Shown piece by piece: positions 52,987-64,000 of a stretch of 64,000 nucleotides of DNA. Each line of letters opens with the position of its first letter. Position 1 is the stretch's first letter. The notes below the pieces were generated by a model. It was not told the DNA's origin. It ran no database searches and was given only the letters and a program-made list of their open reading frames with translations. Source of the stretch: Mobula birostris (Eukaryota); contig NC_092371.1 in assembly GCF_030028105.1 (NCBI RefSeq), positions 132,314,766 through 132,378,765 of the forward strand. The letters are read 5' to 3'. A program made the translations under genes and the position numbers.

Positions 52987-53589
52987 CAATGAGGTGCATA
53001 GACAGTGTGAAAACATATGCAGGGCTACTAAAACCAAGAGGGCATCAGATCAGAGGCAAGAGATTTAATAGGGACATCAGGTGCATCTTCCATGCACAGG
53101 GTGGTGTGTAGCTGCCAGAAATTGTGGTTAAGGTGGACACATTTATAATGTTTAAAGCTATCTGGAGAACTACATGGATAAGAGATGTTTAGAGGGCTAT
53201 GGGCCTATTACAGACACATGGGATTGGGTCACTTGGCAACACAGATTGGCCAAAAGGCCTGTTTTCATGCTGTAAGGCTCTGTGATTTCTGTTGCTCTAT
53301 TACCATTTGTAATTAACAGTGATCTTCCAGCTTCCTGATCAACAACCCTTCAGTATAGAAGACGTGTCTCCTCTCCACTTACTTCTGATCAACAACCCTA
53401 CAGTTAGCATCATTTCAACATTCAGGTTCCTATGTCTGATGTAGGAGAACCATATGTCCTTCATTAACAAAAAGGTTCATTAGAGATATACTTCTTGTGA
53501 CAGTTGGTAAAGTTCTATGTTCCCCAAACCATCCTTACACTACCGTCATAAACAGCATCCTCACGTCAACCACTTTTGCCTGGTTTTAC

Positions 53590-56485
53590 ATATAGACAAT
53601 AGGTACAGGAGTAGGTCATTCGGCCCTTTGAGCCAGCACCGCCATTCACTGTGATCATGGCTGATCATCGACTATCAGTACCCCGTTCCTGCCTTCTCTC
53701 CATATCCCTTGACTCCGCTATCTTTAAGAGCTCTATTTAACTCTTTCTTGAAAGAATCCAGAGAATTAGCCTCCACTACCTTCTGAGGCTGAGCATTCCA
53801 CAGATCCACAACCCTCTGTGTGAAAAAGTTTTTCCTCAACTCCATTCTAAATGGTCTACCCCTTATTCCTAAACTGTGGCCTCTGGTTCTGGACCCCCCC
53901 CAACATCGGGAACATATTTCCTGCCTCTAGCATATCCCATCCCTTAATAATCTTATATGTTTCAATCAGATCCCCTCTCATCCTTCTAAATTCTGGTGTA
54001 TACAAGCCCAGTCACTCCAATCTTTCGACATATGACATTCCTGCCATCCTGGGAATTAACCCAGTGAAGCTACGCTGCACTCCCTCAATAGCTAGACTGT
54101 CCTTCCTCAAATTTGGAGACCAAAACTGCACACAATACTCCAGGTGGGGTCTCACCAGGGCCCTGTACAACTGCAGCATCCTCTCACAACATAAGAGAAC
54201 TACAGTGGTCTACCATCAATGCAGGACTTCTCTGTGTCCAGGAGAAAGAAGAGAGCAAAAAAGAAAGCACTGCACTGTATACTCTTTAAACCACTTTTTA
54301 TTATGCTGTTTACATTGTAAATACATGCTGGTATTTGTGTATTTATGCACATTTTATTCCATATCTGACTTTAACCTCTAGCTTTATAACAACTCGAGTT
54401 CATGCCAACCATCAAATAAACATTTTCAGTAATCCCATTTTATTTTCTATGTTTTGTCTAATGCCTAAGTTTATTTAAACTATGTTCCTATTCTGCAATC
54501 AATTCCTCCCAGATCCCATCAGCTGCTACACATTTGTGGTGATTTACAGTGGCCAATTAATACCAACCCTCACAATTTTGAGAAAGTTGGACAAAAACAG
54601 ATTACTTAGAGGAAACCCATATGGACCCAGACGACTGGAACTGCGAGACAGTAGTTCTACTACTGTGCTGATAGTATGGAAGTATGATTAGTATGCTTGC
54701 AGATGACATGAAGATTGGTGGTAATGATAGCAAGGAAGGTAGTCTTAGGCTACAGAATGATAGTGATAGAATGGTAAGATGGGCCAGAGGCATGGCAGAT
54801 AGAATTAAATTCTGAAAAGTATGAGGTAAATTATTTAGGGAAGACTAATAAGGCAGGTGTAAACACAATACTGTAACAATTAGAAATACAAATATTCCTG
54901 AAGACAGCAGCACTAATAGTTAAGTAGGTTATGAAGGCATACGGAATATTTGCCTCCTTTAGCTGACACATAGAATATAAACATAGGGTGATTATGGTAT
55001 AATGTTATGAAACATTCATTAGAGTACTCTATGCAGTCCCCAATGCCATAGAAATGGTGGAGCAGACTCAATGGATCAAATGACCTAACTGGAACATAAG
55101 ACATAGGAGCAGAATTAGGCCATCTGGCCCATTGAGTCTGCTCCGCCATTCAATCATGGCTGATCATTTTTTTAAAATCTCCTCCTCAACCCCAGCTCCT
55201 GGCCTTCTCCCCATAACTTTTGATACCATGTCTAATCAAGAACTTATTGATCTCTGCCTTAAATACATCCTACAACCTGGCCTCCACAACTGCAATGCGG
55301 CATCAAATTCAACGAATTCACTACCTTTTGGCTAAAGAAATTTCTCCACATCTCAGTTTTGAAAGGGCGCCCCTCTATCCTGAGGCTGTGCTTCCTTCTC
55401 CTGGACTCTTCCACCATGGGAAATATCCTTTCCACATCTACTGTCTAGGCTTTTCAACATACAAAAGGTTTCAATGAGATCCCTACTCATCCTTCTGAAT
55501 TCCGGTGAGTAAAGACCCAAAGCCATCAAAAATTCCTCGGATGGAATCATCCTTGTGAACCTCCTCTGGACCCTCTCCAATGCCAACACATCTTTTTTTA
55601 AGAAGAGGGGCCTAAAACTGTTCACAATACTCGTGAGGCCTCACCAGTCTCAGCATCACATCCCTGCTCTTGTATTCTAGACCTCTTGAAATGAATGCTA
55701 ACATTGCATTTGCCTTCTTCACCACTGACTCAACCTGCGAGTTACGCACAAGGACTCCCAAGCATCTCAGCATCTGCATCTCAGATTCCTGGATTTTCTC
55801 CCCATTTAGAAAATAGTCCGCACATTTATTTCTACTACCAAAGTGCATGACCATGCATTTTCCAACATGGTATTTCATTTGCCACTATCTTGGTCGCAAG
55901 ATAATGATGCAGCTCTATAAAACTTTGGTTAGGCCACACTTGGAGTACTGTGTCCAGTTCTGGTCACCTCACTATAGGAAGGATGTGGAAGCATTGGAAA
56001 GGGTACAGAGGAGATTTACCAGGATGCTGCCTGGTTTAGAGAGTACGCATTATGATCAGAGATTAACTTAATAGAAACATAGAAGAGAACATTAAGGGAG
56101 CTAGGGCTTTACTCTTTGGAGAGAAGGAGGATGGGAGGAGACATGATAGAGTTATACAAGATAGTAAGAGAAATAGATAGAGTGGATAAGCTAGTGCCTC
56201 TTCCCCAGGGCACCACTGCTCAATACAAGAGGACATGGCTTTAAGGTAAGGGGTGGGAAGTTCAAGGGGATATTAGAGGAAGGTGTTTTACTCAGAGAGT
56301 GGTTGGTGCATGGAATGCAATGCCTGAGTCAGTGGTGGAGGCAGATACACTAATGAAGTTTAAGAGACTGCTAGACAGGTACATGGAGGAATTTAAGGTG
56401 GGGGTTATATGGGGGCAGGGTTTGAGGGTCGGCATAACATTGTGGGCTGAAGGGCCTGTACTGTCCTGTACTATTCTATGTTCTA
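53590..56485. mobile_element. Several CR1 3' fragments in both orientations
   Basis: 53590-54176 (-), 54680-55050 (+), 55093-55885 (-) and 55886-56485 (+; LYKTLVRPHLEYCVQFWSP...LERVQRRFTRMLPG). Confidence 0.85.
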
Positions 56486-56494
56486 AAATCCCAG

Positions 56495-56870
56495 ATCATC
56501 AGCAGTTTCTAATATACTCAATGTTCTATCATTGTCGATGTGAGTGCTACTGGGCAATAGTCATTAAGTCAGCCCACATTCTTCTTCTTAGGCACTGGTA
56601 CAATTGTTGCCTTTCTGAAGCAAGTGAGAACTTGCATCCAGAGTAGTGAGAGGTTGAAAATGTCCTTGAATATTCCTGCCAGTTGGTTGGCACAAGTTTT
56701 CAGAGCCTTATGAGGTATTCCATCAGGACTTTCCACCTTGCGAGGGTTCACCCTCTTTAAAGACAGTCTAACATCAGCCTCTGAAACAGAGATCACAGGG
56801 TCACCGGGTGCAGCAGGGATCTTCACAGCTGTAGTTATATTCTCCCTTTCAAAGTGAGCATAGAAGGATA
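56495..56870 (-). mobile_element. Rex/Babar LINE fragment
   Basis: RVNPRKVESPDGIPHKALKTCANQLAGIFKDIFNLSL...ATIVPVPKK. Confidence 0.8.
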
Positions 56871-57549
56871 TGGACTGATATGGAATTAATGCAGGCAAGT
56901 GGAATTGACACTGTACTCTGACAAGCTTAGCCAATTAACATATCCCAGACTTTTTATTCTGTGTCTCCCTCACATTCATCCTATTCCATCAATAAATTTA
57001 TGAATTTGAATGAATATAGTCTCTTCATCTAGGTAGTAACGTAGATTATAATGATATGTGGCCCAGTGTTGACACTCATAAATTACAGCAACCCAGCCAT
57101 TTATCCTGACTTATTCTTTGTTAGCCAAACCTTTATTCATGCTAATTATTTCCTTTGCTGTATAATCTTACTGAAAACAGTAAGATGGCATTTTCTTGAC
57201 TGGTTCCCCATTATTCATGTTGCTTATTGCATTCTCAAAGAAGATCTAATTTTTTTTAAACAATCCCCCTTTCATGAAACCATGCTGACTTTGCTTAATT
57301 ACAAACACCCTACTACTTCTGCCTTAATAATACATGCCAGCAATCTTTCAGCGACACTTGTTCAGCTAACTGGACCAGCTTCCTGATCTGTCTCCTTTTT
57401 ATGGACTGGAGCATAATAATTGTGGTTTTCTAATCCACTGAGACCTTCACAGAATCTGAAAGACCAAACTGATTTGAACCCACAATCTCTATAATCAATT
57501 CTTTTATGCCAGAGAATTTACCAGATATTAGCTTCAAGATTGGCCAAAT

Positions 57550-58650
57550 CTTCCATTCTTTCCAGTACACCATTCTCTTCCCAATGCATATCTCAGGGTT
57601 ATTCCAGAGCAAGGAGTATAACTGGTTTAAATGTGACATTCTACAGGCTTTATGAATTGTACTCCACACACTCGAGTGAAATAGTATAGGATTTAGATTA
57701 GTCTTGTTTTCCACATGTTGTGAGAGGATGTTAAGGGGAGAATGTGGTGCAGCCAGGCTCCATTCTATAATTACCCAATCTAAATCAACATCAGCCCTGT
57801 CCCAATGTTTAGCTAATTTGGTCATTTCAAAGGATAATTTATATGCCCTGACATTTGGTACACTGAGCTACCCATGTCCCTAGACATACACATCCTACTC
57901 ATTTTAATTCTGGTCTTCTTCTTATCCCATAGAAAATCACTAATCATTTTTTTGCATTGCTTGTAGATAAAATCTGAAATATTTAAAGGAAGCATCATAG
58001 AAAGATAGTTAAACTGAGGAGCTATGACCATTTTAACTACATTGACTTTACCGCAGAATGAGTCTCAGTGCCCCCCACTTATCCAGATTATTTCTTACCC
58101 TACTCAATAATGAGTGATTATTTCATCCAAATTCTGACTGAGTTTGACCCCTAGATACTTCATTCCAACTGACACCCATCTGAAGTTAAACTGAGATACT
58201 GAATTTGAATAACACAATTTTGACATTGGCATAGCCTCAGATTTATTGCAGGTGTAAATACAGTAGGTGATCTCTATGAGAACAGGATTTTTATGTCATA
58301 TGTGGATTTGCAGAGATAATATAACTTTGTATATAAAGGGAATTTTTGGAAGTATTTACAAATAAGACATTGCATTAGTAGCATATTAAAGAACGGTGGC
58401 CCACAAAGTAACTCTTTAACTGAACACTTTACATTACCACAGGAAGTTCATAAAGCATCAGTGTTTTATAAAATGTTCAAGCACTCTGTGGGTGAATCGT
58501 GTAACAATCTGAAAGCAGTATGGCAGAAGGATCTTGGAAGCGATATTGAAGATTAGCATTAAGAGCACAATATTGGGAATGTTGGTAAACACTGCCAAAA
58601 GGGAAATAAGCAGGTTATAAGAGTGTGCTGGTATCCTTACATTCTTTAAA
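57550..58650. mobile_element. L1-clade LINE ORF2 fragment with inverted 5' part
   Basis: Minus 57550-58245 encodes KMVIAPQFNYLSMMLP...ISDFLWDKKKTRIK...LWNNPEICIG..YWKEW; plus from about 58248 encodes AGVNTVGDLYE...FWKYLQIRHC...LKAVWQKDLG. Confidence 0.7.
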
Positions 58651-59629
58651 TGGTCATCCCTCTTAATTAGCTCAAGGTGAACTCTGTCACAATAGAAATA
58701 ATATAATAACTAATTACTCAAATAGTCAAACCATCTATGGTCAGTCTCAGAGGTTCAAGTGGCTGCATAAGCTATTTGCTGATTTTTTCCCCTTCAAATC
58801 CTGCAGAGCTCTGGGAGGATATCAGTGCAAAACTGCAGATGTGAAGCTTTTGTTCAAGAAGGGAGATCAAAAAGCAGAACTATTGCCAGATAGCTTAACA
58901 TCTTTTGTGGGGAAGATGCTGCGGTCTACAAATTTACTAGTTAACTCAGATAAACTGAATGCAATCAAAACAATTTATGAAAAGGAAATCAGTTTGGTTG
59001 AGTTCTTTGGGGAAGTATCAAGCAGGGTCAAAAGAAAGAATATTTCCACAAGGCATTTGTTAAGCAATTTTAAAAGGCCAGTTTACAAAGGGTCAGAGTT
59101 ATGGGGAATTTGTTGCTTTCCAGCAGCAGTACATTGCAAGAGTGAGGTAGTACATGGGTTCATTATCCATTCAGAAATCTGATGGGAGAAGGGAGGTAGC
59201 TCTTCAGGCTCCTGAACCTCATCCTTGATGGTAGCAATGAGAAGAGGGCATGCCTTGAGCTTACAAACTCACTGAAGCTTTTGCCAATCTTGTGCAGTGG
59301 CCCCTCTATACCAGGTGGTGATGGAACCAGTTATAATCCTCTGCACAATACATCTGAGGAGGTTCCTGTGGAAAGTATATTGACACTCACCACCCAGGCT
59401 ATGCTCTCTTCTGATGTCAACAAGAAAGTGGTATAGGAGCATTAAGACCCACATCACCAGGTTAAGGGACAGTTCTCTCAACCATCAAGCTCTCGAACCA
59501 GTGCTTCACTTGTCCCATCACTGAACTGTTTCCACAACCTATGGACCATCTCCTGTATTTATGTATTACTTATATTTATTGAAATACAACACAGAATATG
59601 CCCTTCGAGCCACATTGCCCACCTACCAG

Positions 59630-59770
59630 CCAGGTCTTTGGACTGTGGGAGTAAACTGGAGCACCCAGAGGAAACCCACAGAGTCACAGGGAGGACAAAA
59701 CTCCTCAGGCAGTGGTGGGAATTGAAGTTGTGTCACCTGTAGTGTAAAGCATCATGCAAGCAACTATGTT
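59630..59770 (-). mobile_element. V-SINE (HE1-like)
   Basis: gtctttggactgtgggag.aaactggagcacccagaggaaaccca is the reverse complement of the V-core. Confidence 0.7.
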
Positions 59771-60209
59771 ACCATGTCTTTTGTACATTAGATTTGTCCA
59801 GCCTGTTGGGTGGAGTCTTTAATTGATTCTGTTTCTTGGACCTACTGAGTATGCCCGCAAGAAAACAAATCTCAGGGCTGTCTCTGTGACACATATACTT
59901 TGATAAAATTTTGAACTCTTTTTGAATTATGTCTTTGCACACTACCGCTGCTACAAAAAGTTTTGTGCCATATATATCAGACAATAAACCTCAGTCATGA
60001 ATCTGATCTGACTTGTGGAAATCAAATTTCAGACATTCACCCACAGAACTTGTGAGCATGCAAGCTTTACCTGTCTAAATTACTTGATCCTGGATGTCTA
60101 TGGTGGGATCTTAAAAACCTAAAATTACTGCAACCAGCTGCAAATGAGTGAAATTGTTATTTCTGTCACCCATTAGATTTCCCTTGCTGAGAAGTTGTTA
60201 CATTTCTAT

Positions 60210-61545
60210 CCCACAAGACCAGATATGGGAGCAGAATCAGGCCATTCAGCTCAGATTCCAATTGAATTTTGCTCTGCCATTTCATCCTGGCTAATTTATT
60301 ACCCCCCTAATCCCATTGTCCTGCCTTCTCCATGTAATCTTCGATAACCTTACTAATCAATTTACCTATCAACCTCCACTTTAAATGTACCCTAATGACT
60401 TGGTAAACCACAGCCATCTGTGGCAATGAAATTGTGTAATTCAACAACTATTGAGGCTATGCCATCTGGCCCCACTACCCCCACCAAAGGAAAAATCCTC
60501 TCCACGTCCACTCAAGCTAAGCCTTTCAATATACAATAGGTTTCAATGAAATTCCCCCATTCTTCCAAACTCCAGCACAGAACTGGAGCCTCAAATTCTC
60601 TTCATACATTAAGCCTTTAATTCCTAGAATCGTTCATAAGACGACCAACGCCCTTTCAGGCATCATGCTTCCTTTAATATTACTTTTCTCTCAAAAATCT
60701 ATGTTACCATTCTATTTGCCTGTGCAGAGACTCCCAAGCCCCTTTGCATTTAGAAAACAGTCTAGGCCTTCAATCCTTCTACTAAAGTGCATGATTCCAC
60801 AGCTTCCTATAAATTCCATCTGCCAGTTTGCACCTTCTCCAAATCCATGTTCTGCACATCCTGCTCCCCAAAACCTACCTGCCCTCTGTATCAAGATCAA
60901 TTCCACCATCAAATCCTCCTACTGAAGATGGCTACTATCGAACCAATTTGACAGTATCTCTTCCCACCACTCAAAAAGTTCCCTCATCTGCTGCTGCATC
61001 TTGGGATGAGGCTTTCCATTCCTGAAGATTGATGTCATGACATTTTGAAAGAATGGTCTTCCCCTTCCAATGTTGTCCTTGCCCATATCTCCAGTACTTT
61101 CCACACATCTGCCCTCACTCATCCTGCCACAACAGGGATAAGGTTCACTTTAATCACAAATCCCTAAATCCTGCCATATGCAACAGGTTCCTACCATTAA
61201 GCACCTCACCCACCCCCCCCTTTCCCATTCATTCCTCCCTATGATCTGCCTCCAGGCACTTATCCCCTTCTTCATCACTACTCAGTGCCAGTCCTTCCAC
61301 GCAAGACAGCACTCCACTACTGAGACCTGATAAAAATTGTGTAAGATTCCAGTGGCTACCATTAACATTTTCTAAGTTCTGCTATATTCTTCAATCCCAT
61401 TTTGGACCCACCACTCACCTCATGCCCCAGTGCTGTCCTCCACAGTCAGCTATGTTCTATTATGAAGGGTCTCCACCCAGAATATGAACTATTCCTCTCC
61501 ATTGATGCTGCCTTACCTGTTGAGTTCCTCAGCATTTTTTGTGCT
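60210..61545. mobile_element. Decayed CR1 (-, about 60210-60880) followed by a decayed Penelope (+, about 60880-61545)
   Basis: WQMEF..CGIMHF (CR1 RT); Penelope-type segment similar to 19450-20615 ending in gatgctgcc..acctgttgagttcctcagcatttt. Confidence 0.6.
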
Positions 61546-63414
61546 ATTTCACCATTCTGCTTAATCCCATGGCAATTTTGAATCCACTTTGCTAGCTAGC
61601 TTGTCCTTTACCCCAATGGCCATATCAATTATCCCATTGTGGATAAAGGCTAACTGAAGTACATGTAGATACCATGCTGCACTTGTCTTGAGATTTGTAC
61701 CAAATATCACCAGTACACATTGCATTGGCTTTATGTCCCTTGAGGTCACCAATGCCAGAAAGGCAATGGGATTTAGGCAAAGTCAGCAGGCAATAACCAG
61801 TATGAGGATTTGGGCCTTGGATCAAGACCATGAATGCAAAAAAACCTTGATTTACGACGATTGGGCTTTCAATTTTATGTCAAAATGTGAATGTCTGAAA
61901 ATTGGTTGGAGGCATTAATTATTTGAGAGTAGGGAATATAAAAAGTTAGTCAAATTTATTAGTCCTCATCAAGGTTTGTTGGGGCTGCTTTAAGTGCACA
62001 AATTAGGTTTCTCTACAGGATACAAAAATCAAAATTCAATGGCTATTATTGGCTTTTCATTACCTTGCCTATTTATACGTAATTGCATTTTAAATCCAGC
62101 AAAAGTGCCTAACATTCCAAAAAAAGGCTATGAAAATTGTCACATTTGACAAAATAGCTATCACTCAGATGTGAATGGCAGAAATCTCTCCTGTCCGTTC
62201 CTCCGTGCAGTTGCCTCTTAGATTTTTATAATTTGGCAGTGAAAATGATAAAATATAGTAGCTCCCACCTCATGCAGAATTAACCCTAGGACCTACATTA
62301 GCAATATGTGAAAAAGAGCTTTAATTAAAATTAGGTGAACACCAAATACCTAGAATGCCGCAATGTTAAAAGTACAGTTTCCGCAAGCCATCATTTTAAT
62401 TAATTGCTCGAAAAGTAAACACCGAATGTAATAGGGCTTCTGGAAACATGGCGAGCGAACTCCAACGCAGCTGATAAACGAGCGCACTCGATTCCAGGTA
62501 CAACATGGCGAGGCGAGGCGGCCACGCAGGCCCGCTCTGGCTCCTCCCTCCCTCCACACCATGAGTCGGTGGAGCACGATGGGCGATGGCGACCCGCACG
62601 CTGGTGGGACTACCGCCGGGAGCCGGAGCGGGGGCGGGCCAGGGAACCATTTGCTCAACACGTGGGCATGCAGTGCTGCAGCCCCGCCGCAGTGCCACCC
62701 GTTCGGCAACCCGCCCCCCCCCCCCACCGGAATGACGGGCCCGCTAGGGTCAGGCCTCGACCTCGGCCCGCCACTACTCCACGTGTCGCACCACGAGATC
62801 CCGCAGGGCCGCTCCGGCCGACCGACCGAGCACTCACCTGATACACCGACCAACGCTCCGCTCCCCACGACCTGAACAAAAGCATTTTGCAGACAAAAAT
62901 TCATTTCCATTTTTAATATGTCACTTTTGCAAAGAATTTCGTACAGAACGCGTGTTCAGCTTTCCACGAAAATAATTTGTCTTAAGGAAATAAAGTACCC
63001 AGGCTTCGGAAAGCGGGATTTTGCTTCTCAAACGACACATTTTCACCATTAGGAGAGACCAGACTGCTTCAACGCTACAGAGGCGCTGGGTCACTACGCA
63101 CATCTACCGCCCGCCACAACTTCCTCCGCGTTAATTCAAAGTAAAAAAATGTCTTTTAAGTTACAAACTGGGTGAACTTTTAAGCTATAAAACTTCGCGA
63201 CGAACAAAGGAGGGGGTGGAGCAGGAAAGCGAGTGGAGCACAAGAGGGGAGAGGCGTTTGGCACCAACAGAGGCAGTCCTGTAATGGCGGGACGGGACTC
63301 ATGGACAGGAACCTGCCGCCTCCCCGCTCCTCCTCCCTCAGTAGGGTGTTAAGTATAGGGTGGGGGTGGGGAGAGAAGTGGGCCTCGGTTTCAGGCCGGG
63401 TACACACACGCAAG

Positions 63415-64000
<586 letters not shown>

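Noticed and set aside
53331-53399. Spaced direct repeat ctgatcaacaaccct (CRISPR-like at first sight)
   Set aside because: Only two units in vertebrate DNA with no cas genes; a small local duplication.
62350-62910. 186-aa minus ORF and overlapping ORFs downstream of CIRBP-like gene 2
   Set aside because: No recognisable domain; long ORFs in several frames are expected in GC-rich sequence. More plausibly 3'UTR.

Overview
Vertebrate genomic DNA, most likely from a cartilaginous fish (ray/shark). That assignment is inferred from the repeat landscape: HE1-like V-SINEs, HER1/CR1 LINEs, Rex/Babar LINEs and Penelope elements. Host genes are the last four coding exons of YIPF3 (+), a complete six-exon GLO1 glyoxalase I gene (+, 181 aa), and two intact, intronless, convergently oriented CIRBP/RBM3-family RRM + glycine-rich genes (41589-42116 +, 63415-63828 -), each in its own CpG island. 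Most of the rest is nested transposon debris (CR1, Rex/Babar, RTE, L1, Penelope, Tc1, hAT, SINEs, one Gypsy LTR element). The most notable observations are: (1) the intronless CIRBP/RBM3-like pair shares short colinear 3'UTR motifs, and one copy has a splice-site-flanked 34-nt cassette in its 3'UTR; (2) a Gypsy LTR element has its RT/RNase H/integrase core replaced by a spliced RBM25 mRNA fragment; (3) two Penelope insertions have inverted arms, 13-bp target-site duplications and minimal hammerhead ribozyme cores. Gene exon boundaries were read base by base. Most transposon boundaries are approximate and family names come from recalled motifs, not database searches.
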